Origin: an uncultured virus (IMG/VR IMGVR_UViG_3300036715_000208) | Lineage: Duplodnaviria; Heunggongvirae; Uroviricota; Caudoviricetes | DNA: 64,000 nucleotides | IMG/VR virus record: IMGVR_UViG_3300036715_000208 | Strand: one strand, 5' to 3' | Part shown: positions 8,757 through 16,801 of the stretch, piece by piece | Numbering within the stretch: position 1 is the first letter of the stretch | How the letters are laid out: every line of letters begins with the position of its first letter | Program-made: the position numbers and the translations under genes | The notes under the pieces: model-generated | The model's input: only the letters and a program-made list of their open reading frames with translations | Databases searched by the model: none | What the model was told of the DNA's origin: nothing

Positions 8757-10404
8757 GTCTTGTTCCCGCTTCTATTGCCGAATCAGTTATGATCTTACCT
8801 GCTGCATCGGCAATGTCTGCGGGACAGGAGAACTGTAGTTCATCATGAACATATGCTAGTTGCTTTACCTTAGAACCGAACTGCTTATTCAGGTTTCTAT
8901 TGGCAATGATCATCCAGTACTTGCTGATAACTGCACCACTACCTTGTAGTAAGGTATTCAATGCTGCGTGTTTACTGCGTACTGGTACTCTTCTACCATC
9001 TACTAACTCAATAGAGTTATTCTTGGCTACTTGAAACTCAACCCACTGCTTTACCTTAGCCAATGCTGGCAACTCCTTAAGGAATTTCTCCTTAAGATTA
9101 GAACCTTGTTTAGCAGAACCATTAACAATCTTACCTATCTTAGCATCGCCAGCCCCATATAAGAAGCCATAGATGAAAGTCTTAGCGTTGTTTCTGTTAG
9201 GTAATCCAGCTTTCTCTTGGTTGTGGGTGTGGATATCTCCATTAAGAATCACATCACCATACGCACCGCCATCATACGGAGCCATGTAGTGAGCTAGCAT
9301 TCTTAGTTCAAGACCACTTAGATCGGAACCCAGTAGTACATCACCCTTGTGTGGTAGCCACAGTGATCGTGCTCTAGGATCTACTGATACCTGTGCTAGG
9401 TTTGGTTGGCTGTGAGTACACCGTCCCGTAGCAGCACCCTGTACATTGACGAAGCCATGTACCATGCTGTCTCTACTGTTGGATGCACGTGTAAACCAAT
9501 CCTCTACCTGACCCATAAGCTTAATGACATCAAAGTATTCTACTAGCTTCTTTGCCTCTGGATAATCTAACTCACTGAGTACTGATGCATCTACGTTAGG
9601 GTTTCCATTATCTGTTAGTGGTGCTTCCCATTTATACTTGTCAAACAATCTCTCAGCAATCTGCTTACGACTACCAGGATTAAAGGACTCAACCCTATCC
9701 TTTAGACGTTTACCTGTCTTCTCAGACATACGAATATGAATCTTGTCAGGGAAGATCTGTCGCATCTGGTCTTCTACTTCGGTCTTAAAGCATAGCAACT
9801 CAAACATTAATTTCTCAGCAGCGTTAACATCAAAGTTAAATCCATTCCTCTGTTGTAGATTCACAACATCAGAAGCCATGTGCTCAAGTTGAATCACCTT
9901 AAGATACTCAGGATTCTTTAAGACCCACTCTTGTTGCTTGATATAGATGTCATGAGCAACGTGAACGTCTTGAATACAATATGTAACCATCTCTTCTGTA
10001 AGTTCAGCCCAAGTACCCTCGTAATCCATCTTCTCGTTTCCTAGAAATTTTCCCCAATCCTTGAGGGAATTACCACCGAGCGGGTGGTTCTGTCTATCTG
10101 GATACATTAACTTACTAACGATAAGAGAATCATATATCCTAGCTGATCCACTGTAGCCAAGCATTCTACGAAGACACTCTAGATCGTAACCATAAATGTT
10201 ATGTCCAATAAGCCACTCTGCTTTAGCTAGGTACTTGAGTAGTGGAATACCAAGATCTTCCTTCTGCCATACATTAACATGACCAGACTCGATGTCCTTG
10301 GTAACAACACAATGTACGGTGGTGCATTCCTTTACAGGCTTACCCTTACCATCTAGTAGAAGTTCCATGAGAGAATCGGATTCGATATCAATTACTAATT
10401 TCAA
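8692..10404 (-). CDS. DNA polymerase family A (T7 gp5-like) with 3'-5' exonuclease
   Basis: DIESD, GHNIYGYD, YCIQDV, DLSGLELR, AKTFIYGFLYG (Tyr at the position equivalent to E. coli Pol I 762) and VHDE motifs. Confidence 0.97.
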   Translation of the reverse strand: MKLVIDIESDSLMELLLDGKGKPVKECTTVHCVVTKDIESGHVNVWQKEDLGIPLLKYLAKAEWLIGHNIYGYDLECLRRMLGYSGSARIYDSLIVSKLMYPDRQNHPLGGNSLKDWGKFLGNEKMDYEGTWAELTEEMVTYCIQDVHVAHDIYIKQQEWVLKNPEYLKVIQLEHMASDVVNLQQRNGFNFDVNAAEKLMFELLCFKTEVEDQMRQIFPDKIHIRMSEKTGKRLKDRVESFNPGSRKQIAERLFDKYKWEAPLTDNGNPNVDASVLSELDYPEAKKLVEYFDVIKLMGQVEDWFTRASNSRDSMVHGFVNVQGAATGRCTHSQPNLAQVSVDPRARSLWLPHKGDVLLGSDLSGLELRMLAHYMAPYDGGAYGDVILNGDIHTHNQEKAGLPNRNNAKTFIYGFLYGAGDAKIGKIVNGSAKQGSNLKEKFLKELPALAKVKQWVEFQVAKNNSIELVDGRRVPVRSKHAALNTLLQGSGAVISKYWMIIANRNLNKQFGSKVKQLAYVHDELQFSCPADIADAAGKIITDSAIEAGTRLGIKLPINAEYKVGRNWSETH

Positions 10405-10577
10405 AATCTCTTATCTCTTTCTGCCAACATATCGTCGGCTATCTTTGCAATTTCTTCTGGTGTTCTTGGGGTTGACTTGTCTCTGGTAGTTCCAGGATGT
10501 AATGACATTGACAGTGCAGCACCAACATACATATCCCATGCTGCTGCTCTCATTAGATAGAACTGTGCTTCATCCAT
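10401..10577 (-). CDS. small hypothetical protein (58 aa, not in ORF track)
   Basis: MDEAQFYLMRAAAW...IADDMLAERDKRF; coupled at both ends. Confidence 0.6.
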   Translation of the reverse strand: MDEAQFYLMRAAAWDMYVGAALSMSLHPGTTRDKSTPRTPEEIAKIADDMLAERDKRF

Positions 10578-12307
10578 TACTGTTGATCCTGTGGGTTAAA
10601 CACAGGGAAGCCATCATCATTAAAGGCTACCTCAATTTCCTGTAGTCTACCTGTACCACGATCATAGTACAGAGCAGTAGCCACACCTGATCGTCCAGTC
10701 AGTCTGTTCTTTAGAACACGAACGATTGTTGTGTTTGCTATTCTCTCATCCTGATTCTGTCGGTCACGCTCAAGAGCAATGACAGTGTTAGGTACAGAAG
10801 ATAATGCACCAGATCCTCGTAGATCCTGTAGCGTAATACGATCACCCTCTTCGTATGCCTTATCTGTTTTCTTAAGTTGCGATACGATATCAATATGTAC
10901 ACCAGTTCTTACTGCAAGAGAACGAAGTTCCTTCATCAAGGTGTCAATGATAAGACGTTCACTGCTGCCACCCTCGACATCCTTATAATTTAAACCCATT
11001 AAACCCGCCGCTGCTGCTGTGATATGATCAAGGATAATCACATCAACCTTAAGACTGACAGCCATGTACTCCATACGGGCAAGAAGATTCTGCATTGCGT
11101 TGTTGCCTAGATGATCATAGATGTACAGGCTTGTAGCACACAGCTTCTTCCTAGCCTCAGCATACTCCTCGTTACTAAACTCGTTGACAAATCCAATATC
11201 AATTGGACTCTTGCCCATCTTAACACGAAGTTCATTCATCATCTGAGCTGCACGAATAGCACGTACTGGCTTGTTAATCAACAGACTAATCATGTCATCC
11301 ATTGTTTCTTGTGGAGATTCCTCCAACATGATTGCACCAACGGAACGACCCTCTTCAAGATGGTGATGCATCAACTCTCTCAGTATAGTAGACTTACCAG
11401 ACCCAGTTCCAGAAGCCCATAAAGAAATCTCTCTTGATCGTTGACCAATAAGAAACTCACTTAGCTTATCAAACGGGAATGGATATACCCTACTTGCTGA
11501 GATATCTAATGAGTCTGCAATCTGAGAGATGTGCAGGATTTCGTCGGGAGAATAGATCTGTGCTTCCCAGATGGCAGACACGACAGCCTTGCCGTTGTTA
11601 TTCACGAGGCATTCATTAGCATCCTTGAGTGGAAGCTTTGTGATCTTGCACTTACCAGGGGTAAGAATCTCGCTGACTGCCTTAGCTGCATCTTGTCCTG
11701 CATCATCCATATCAAAGCATAACACAACTTCTTGATACGATGAAACGAATTCAAGGTTGTCTTTGATAGACTTGACTGCTGACTGCGCCCCATTAGGAAG
11801 AGATACAACAGGCCATGTGCCACCAAGAAGCTGGCACACAGTCATGCAGTCGATCTCTCCCTCCGTAATCACGAGTCGCTTACCGCCTGTCTTCCATAGG
11901 TTCTGACCGAACAACTGAACGGACTTGGGTGAACCCTTCCATACAAATTGCTTGTCAGGTCCACGCACATGCTGTGCTACTAATTCGTCTGACTGATCGT
12001 GGTAGTTAGCAATCTCTACCTCCTTACCATTAACACATGCAACCTGATAGTTGTATTGTCTGCATGTCTTCTCCTCAATACGCCGATGTGTTAGATCGGA
12101 GAACGAACCCTTGAGAGAGTTCGTCATCTTCGTCGGCTGAATCTCCACCATAATACCATTACCTCCTCTGTGATAGCCACAAGAAAAACAGTGAACATGA
12201 CTATCGGTGTACACAGCAAGATTATCACCGCTTCGATCATTGCCCATAGACGCACACTTAGGGCATCTTTCTCTTTTAATAACTGCTGATTCATTCAGTT
12301 GTTCCAT
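10577..12307 (-). CDS. DNA primase-helicase, T7 gp4-like
   Basis: Zn finger CPKC...CFSC, TOPRIM EGEID/FDMD, GTGSGKST, ILDH, LRGSG and KNRLTG. Confidence 0.97.
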   Translation of the reverse strand: MEQLNESAVIKRERCPKCASMGNDRSGDNLAVYTDSHVHCFSCGYHRGGNGIMVEIQPTKMTNSLKGSFSDLTHRRIEEKTCRQYNYQVACVNGKEVEIANYHDQSDELVAQHVRGPDKQFVWKGSPKSVQLFGQNLWKTGGKRLVITEGEIDCMTVCQLLGGTWPVVSLPNGAQSAVKSIKDNLEFVSSYQEVVLCFDMDDAGQDAAKAVSEILTPGKCKITKLPLKDANECLVNNNGKAVVSAIWEAQIYSPDEILHISQIADSLDISASRVYPFPFDKLSEFLIGQRSREISLWASGTGSGKSTILRELMHHHLEEGRSVGAIMLEESPQETMDDMISLLINKPVRAIRAAQMMNELRVKMGKSPIDIGFVNEFSNEEYAEARKKLCATSLYIYDHLGNNAMQNLLARMEYMAVSLKVDVIILDHITAAAAGLMGLNYKDVEGGSSERLIIDTLMKELRSLAVRTGVHIDIVSQLKKTDKAYEEGDRITLQDLRGSGALSSVPNTVIALERDRQNQDERIANTTIVRVLKNRLTGRSGVATALYYDRGTGRLQEIEVAFNDDGFPVFNPQDQQ

Positions 12308-12476
12308 TGTTATTCTCCTTAAGGAAGCATTGTATTTCGCTTGTTAAAATCTTATCAAGGAAATCACCAAGACCATCAAGAAGTTCTTGCTCATATTCGG
12401 TAGAAGTATCAGCAAGAATATCAACAAGTTCTATTTGCTGACGCAACTTATCTCTATCAATAGTAGCCCGTCTCAT
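12291..12476 (-). CDS. hypothetical protein
   Basis: 61 aa, overlap-coupled to neighbours. Confidence 0.55.
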   Translation of the reverse strand: MRRATIDRDKLRQQIELVDILADTSTEYEQELLDGLGDFLDKILTSEIQCFLKENNNGTTE

Positions 12477-12829
12477 ATCTTTACCAGAATTCCTTCTTCA
12501 TTTGTGTACCAAACCTCATTAAAGATTTCACCAACCCACCCAATGCAATACTTGCAAGGACGGGACATACCAAACTTACCAGTGATGGATATCCTTGTGT
12601 TAACAAGCACAAGAGAATCTCTTATGTCTGACTTATGAAGCTGTCGAAACGCATCAAGTTCGGAATGAATAGTAGGATACTTGTAGCCATATTTTACGGC
12701 AAGAGGATGTGTCTTGTCTCGTTGTTCCTTACCGATTGCAATTACTTTATTCTTACGAATAACAAAAGAGAAATGAGTTCTCTCTTTGAACATCTTGTTT
12801 CTTGCAGCCTCAAGGATGTACTCATACAT
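12473..12829 (-). CDS. cytidine/dCMP deaminase-fold zinc protein
   Basis: HSE...PCKYC zinc deaminase signature; adjacent to thyX. Confidence 0.8.
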   Translation of the reverse strand: MYEYILEAARNKMFKERTHFSFVIRKNKVIAIGKEQRDKTHPLAVKYGYKYPTIHSELDAFRQLHKSDIRDSLVLVNTRISITGKFGMSRPCKYCIGWVGEIFNEVWYTNEEGILVKI

Positions 12830-13484
12830 CCGTAAGTGCCTTCCAACTTAGTGGAAAGTATTTCTTAATGTGATCTCCAATACTGTAGGCATAGAACTGA
12901 ACCTCTCGTTGAGCATGGCTATCGGATCTAAGTCCATACATTCTAGCCCAAGCATAGATACTACCAGTCCAGATCCATTCAGTCATCATTGACTGAGGAA
13001 GAATAGAACGTGCTTGTTCAGCACACGCACCTGCTTGAATAAGATCGTGATAATGTTGTGATGCTTTTTGAAGCACATACATAGTATCAGTCTTAAACAA
13101 TTCGTTTGCGTGTATAGACTCAGCTCTTGATCCCTGCTTTACATTCTCTGCTGCCTGTCTATAGTGATCGGGAAACCAAAACTCTGGTTCCTCACTGACA
13201 TATCGACGAGACACCTCATTCCAAGAGAACCCAATCTGATGCTTCATTAATTGTCGAGCAATAAAGATTGGTCCCTTGACTCTGAACTTCATATGACAGT
13301 GAGAGAATGGACTCCAATGATTGTGCTTTGCAAGATAGTTTAACAGCTTCTCATTCTGATGTACTGTAAACAGATCTGATGTCTTGTTCATAGATACTCT
13401 GGCGGCATCACACACAGAATCATCACAACCCATGTGATCAACATACTGAACTAGCTCAGGTTCCGTTCCGTTCCACAACTTCAT
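12822..13484 (-). CDS. thyX: flavin-dependent thymidylate synthase
   Basis: AARVS, HWSPF, RQLMKHQIGFSWNEVSRRY, EQARSILP and HAQRE; start moved to MKLWN (13484). Confidence 0.95.
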   Translation of the reverse strand: MKLWNGTEPELVQYVDHMGCDDSVCDAARVSMNKTSDLFTVHQNEKLLNYLAKHNHWSPFSHCHMKFRVKGPIFIARQLMKHQIGFSWNEVSRRYVSEEPEFWFPDHYRQAAENVKQGSRAESIHANELFKTDTMYVLQKASQHYHDLIQAGACAEQARSILPQSMMTEWIWTGSIYAWARMYGLRSDSHAQREVQFYAYSIGDHIKKYFPLSWKALTDV

Positions 13485-13656
13485 TGATCTTTTGTTCCTT
13501 AAGTTTAATAAATGTACGTGAAATAATATACAATGCACACAACACAGCAGCACATACCGTCAGTAGTTCTTGATTAGCAGCCTCTTTGTTTGTTAAAGAA
13601 GCAGCAATAGGTGCAAGACTTACCCAGAATTCTGTCGTTTGATAACCTGGTTTCAT
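13456..13656 (-). CDS. small two-TM membrane protein, possibly holin-like
   Basis: MKPGYQTTEFW start after AAGGAGG; two hydrophobic helices and a charged C-terminus. Confidence 0.55.
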   Translation of the reverse strand: MKPGYQTTEFWVSLAPIAASLTNKEAANQELLTVCAAVLCALYIISRTFIKLKEQKINEVVERNGT

Positions 13657-13677
13657 AGTTACCTCCTTTCTTTTAAA

Positions 13678-13751
13678 CATTCCCGAGTGGACTTGAACCA
13701 CTAACCTACAGCTTAGAAGGCTGTTGCTCTATCCAATTGAGCTACGGAAAT
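13678..13751 (-). tRNA. tRNA-Arg(UCU)
   Basis: Cloverleaf; anticodon arm ACAGC-CTTCTAA-GCTGT; T-loop TTCAAGT; no encoded CCA. Confidence 0.95.
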
Positions 13752-13756
13752 ATGAA

Positions 13757-13829
13757 TGATTCCGATGGGACTTGAACCCATAACTAATGGATTAAAAGTC
13801 CACTACTCTACCAATTGAGTTACAGAATC
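13757..13829 (-). tRNA. tRNA-Lys(UUU)
   Basis: Cloverleaf; anticodon arm GTGGA-CTTTTAA-TCCAT. Confidence 0.95.
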
Positions 13830-13833
13830 GTGA

Positions 13834-13906
13834 TGCCACACATGGGACTCGAACCCATACTATACAGATTTTAAGTCTGCTGACTCTGCCATTGGTCTAC
13901 TGTGGC
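13834..13906 (-). tRNA. tRNA-Leu(UAA) with short variable loop
   Basis: Anticodon arm GCAGA-CTTAAAA-TCTGT; 73 nt; G7:G66 mismatch. Confidence 0.88.
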
Positions 13907-13911
13907 TATAA

Positions 13912-14001
13912 TAGGCGGCATGGGAATCGAACCCATCTCGCGCGGCAATCTACCACTAAGTCTTATTATAAGTAAGATTGCATCCCAGATGCTAGCCGCC
14001 C
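13912..14001 (-). tRNA. non-canonical tRNA with UAU anticodon (nominal Ile) and long variable arm
   Basis: Acceptor GGGCGGC/GCCGCCT-A, D arm GCAT-CTGGG-ATGC, anticodon arm TCTTA-CTTATAA-TAAGA, V arm GTGGTA-GAT-TGCCGC, T arm ATGGG-TTCGATT-CCCAT. Confidence 0.8.
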
Positions 14002-14073
14002 ATAATGCGCGTTCTTCTACAGATTGTACGCGCCCCTCTGCCACCCCCTGAAAGACGGAGTGGATTTATTTTT

Positions 14074-14304
14074 TTAGAACCCTGAGAACTTTTCCATCAA
14101 CTTGATAACGGTACGGGTATCAAAGATACCAGACACAGACTCACCATCACCATCGGTAATAGTAATGTAGATGCTCATCTGATCATCATCCTCATCATTA
14201 TACATAACCTCAAGCAGTGGACACTCACCATCATCCTCAGGTGCTACTCCATAAACCGTACCACTAAGTTCAATCTTATCACAATCTTGCTTATAGCTGC
14301 TCAT
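14074..14304 (-). CDS. acidic hypothetical protein
   Basis: Start MSSYKQ overlaps the rusA stop; AAAGGA RBS. Confidence 0.6.
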   Translation of the reverse strand: MSSYKQDCDKIELSGTVYGVAPEDDGECPLLEVMYNDEDDDQMSIYITITDGDGESVSGIFDTRTVIKLMEKFSGF

Positions 14305-14669
14305 TGTATTTCCTTTATTTCTATTGTAAAATAACCGCTGTTCTTTGACCACTCTTTATTTACTTCAAGTAATATAATCTGCGCGTCATCCTTCCAGACA
14401 ATACCATTACACAAATCTAATACAGACTTTGCATAGTTATCTACGTCTGGTCTAGGATATTGTAGCTTACTAGTCTTTGGTTTAATAGGGTATATACCTA
14501 CCTTAACCTTAAGTTTTTTTTCGGTTGGTTCCCAACCTTCTGTTATCTTAGTAACGATTGGCTTTGCTTCGTTTCTAAAGTCTTTATAAGTACCAGTAAA
14601 GTACGCTCCCCATTTACTCACCCGTGGACGGGATGCCGCCACAGGTGAGATGGGAAACTTCCACTTCAT
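14301..14669 (-). CDS. rusA: RusA-family Holliday junction resolvase
   Basis: RPRV, RPDVDNYAKSVLD and WKDDAQI motifs. Confidence 0.92.
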   Translation of the reverse strand: MKWKFPISPVAASRPRVSKWGAYFTGTYKDFRNEAKPIVTKITEGWEPTEKKLKVKVGIYPIKPKTSKLQYPRPDVDNYAKSVLDLCNGIVWKDDAQIILLEVNKEWSKNSGYFTIEIKEIQ

Positions 14670-15217
14670 TAGAAGGGGATTTCTGAATCAGTAATGGCAG
14701 GGGAAGACTGGGCATACGGTGATGCCTCAGACTTTGTAGGTCGGTCAACATGTGTACCGACATACCCTCCCTCTACCGCATCAAAGCCATTGACACGCTG
14801 ATTATCCTTAGCATTCTTCTGGACAATCTGCACACCATTCAGATAGAATGACATGGATCGTACTGCTCCCTTAGTAATAAGGGCAGGAGCAAGCTTGATT
14901 CTCACGGTGTCAGTACCAAACGGTACAACGTCAGTATAGTTTCCAGTACTATCTTGGCATGGGAAAACTCCCTTGTCAACATAAGACTTGGACTTGAACT
15001 TAACTGTCTTGACTCCATCCTTCTCATACAAACCATTGATCTTCTTAGCACCATTATCCTTGGCAATCTCGCTGAGGATCTTCTCAAGTTCTGGTGTAAG
15101 GATGACGGTAATGTTATGGTTTGCAGAACCCTCACCGAAAGCCACGTCAGGCTTCATGAGATTACTCCACTTAACTTCCATAACTGGTGTGATAATACCC
15201 TTGATTCGCTCAGTCAT
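14669..15217 (-). CDS. ssDNA-binding protein, T7 gp2.5-like
   Basis: ITP..WSNLMKPD, KFKSK, YLNGVQI and C-terminal DSEIPF; T7-like synteny. Confidence 0.8.
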   Translation of the reverse strand: MTERIKGIITPVMEVKWSNLMKPDVAFGEGSANHNITVILTPELEKILSEIAKDNGAKKINGLYEKDGVKTVKFKSKSYVDKGVFPCQDSTGNYTDVVPFGTDTVRIKLAPALITKGAVRSMSFYLNGVQIVQKNAKDNQRVNGFDAVEGGYVGTHVDRPTKSEASPYAQSSPAITDSEIPF

Positions 15218-15374
15218 TAATGTCCTTCTCCTTCTTAATTTGTTCGATGTTCTTCATCATGTCCTGTTGACATGCCTCTAGATACATAACGATTGTCTCA
15301 AGATATGTAACAACCTCATTGGCATTGAGGATCTTGATTGGTTCCGCTGTCGGTACTTCCTGTGTTTCTTCCAT
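15210..15374 (-). CDS. small hypothetical protein (54 aa, not in ORF track)
   Basis: MEETQEVPTAEP...; AAGGA RBS; fills the gap. Confidence 0.5.
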   Translation of the reverse strand: MEETQEVPTAEPIKILNANEVVTYLETIVMYLEACQQDMMKNIEQIKKEKDIND

Positions 15375-15729
15375 TGTGTTCCTTCATTAATAGTTCGGAC
15401 AGTTTATTAATCGTCTGTTCCATTGCTGTCTCCCATTGGTCAGACGGTGGTTTGATACTAAATCCTGCTGCGCTCTCAAGTTGAAACATAAAAAGATGAA
15501 GCAACTCATGAACCAAAGTATTTAAAGCATCGTAGTTCTCATACTTGGGGTTAAGAATCTTGATCGTTGACTCCATATGATTGGGATCAAACGTATTTAT
15601 TCCGTATACCTTTTCTGTTTCTGTATTCAACTCGTCCTTCTTTGCCCACACAACGGTGATCTTCCAGTTGTGTAGTCCAAGAATCTTCTGCCACTTCTTG
15701 GATTCCTTTCTGAGTTGCTGAAGATTCAT
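15316..15729 (-). CDS. putative zinc metallopeptidase-like protein
   Basis: TLVHELLH (HExxH) with a downstream E. Confidence 0.6.
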   Translation of the reverse strand: MNLQQLRKESKKWQKILGLHNWKITVVWAKKDELNTETEKVYGINTFDPNHMESTIKILNPKYENYDALNTLVHELLHLFMFQLESAAGFSIKPPSDQWETAMEQTINKLSELLMKEHNGRNTGSTDSGTNQDPQCQ

Positions 15730-16385
15730 AGGTCCATCAACTCCAAATAGGGGTGTCCATCAATAACCACAGCACATGATACGACTGGCTTCTTAAGGTA
15801 AGCAGAACCATACTGCATAGCAGGGTGGAACCGATCAACACCTGATCCAACATTCATTCCGAAGATACGAGATGTTGGACCAACTACCCAATTGATACCA
15901 GCCACACTGTGATAGTGTCCCATCACTACTGATTGAAGACGAAGCTTTGCTGCATTCATTGCGGGGTATTGACCACCCGCACCAACACCGTGATAGTAAT
16001 ACACATCATCAATCTCTACTGAGTATTGCCAATTCCAATTCTTGGAATCATACATAACACCATACTCTTTAAGATAGCATGGTGGAATACCAGCATCAGC
16101 CGCCAGTCTTGCAACACGTTCATCATGGTTACCAATAGTAACATGAGCAGTTGGGAATGCTCTGATCCATGATCCTAATGCATCCATAGTCTGATGATAC
16201 TCATCCATTGCAGCAGGATGTTCTGGATTCTTCTTGTGAAATGAGATGGATGCATGATCCACCACATCTCCAATGAACACAGTAGTATCAGTCTTGTACT
16301 TCTTCTTAATAGACTTAACAAAGTCCATGTATTCTGGATGCACAGCAGGACAATGCAAGTCACCTATTACGAGAACTTTTGCCAT
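15726..16385 (-). CDS. calcineurin-like metallophosphoesterase
   Basis: GDLH, GDVVD, GNHD, HG and GHYH motifs. Confidence 0.9.
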   Translation of the reverse strand: MAKVLVIGDLHCPAVHPEYMDFVKSIKKKYKTDTTVFIGDVVDHASISFHKKNPEHPAAMDEYHQTMDALGSWIRAFPTAHVTIGNHDERVARLAADAGIPPCYLKEYGVMYDSKNWNWQYSVEIDDVYYYHGVGAGGQYPAMNAAKLRLQSVVMGHYHSVAGINWVVGPTSRIFGMNVGSGVDRFHPAMQYGSAYLKKPVVSCAVVIDGHPYLELMDL

Positions 16386-16602
16386 TGATCTTAATCCTTT
16401 TCTTATAGTCCTCTTTCCATTGTTCCGCTAGAGATGGAAGAGGTGGTCCATTTTCCTGTGGAATTAAATCATTACAACTAATACCAGTGCCATCGAAGTC
16501 TTCCTTCTGATAGGTGTTCCACGAATCGTAGAGATCACCCCACCTATAGTTGATTCCGTTTAGCTCAATTTTTTTCTTCAATAAAGATGTCGAGTTTGAC
16601 AT
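16360..16602 (-). CDS. hypothetical protein
   Basis: 80-aa ORF in operon; start uncertain. Confidence 0.5.
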   Translation of the reverse strand: MSNSTSLLKKKIELNGINYRWGDLYDSWNTYQKEDFDGTGISCNDLIPQENGPPLPSLAEQWKEDYKKRIKINGKSSRNR

Positions 16603-16801
16603 GGTCTACCTTCTTTACTTTCTTTTGTTCAAGATATTTTATAACATGATTAATAAATTGTACGTGCATCCAATCAGATGTACATAGAAACTTAAAATTC
16701 ATACGGGTTTTATTCTTATCTTTCATTGCCTTGTAAATTATCTTAGCCCCGTTCTCTATAGCACCTTCACAATCAATCACAATAACTGGTGAATCAGTCA
16801 A
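16565..16801 (-). CDS. hypothetical protein
   Basis: 78 aa overlapping the RNAP stop. Confidence 0.5.
   Translation of the reverse strand: MTDSPVIVIDCEGAIENGAKIIYKAMKDKNKTRMNFKFLCTSDWMHVQFINHVIKYLEQKKVKKVDHVKLDIFIEEKN

Noticed and set aside
13460..13474. (GTTCC)x3 microrepeat
   Set aside because: Too short and coding in two frames; likely chance.
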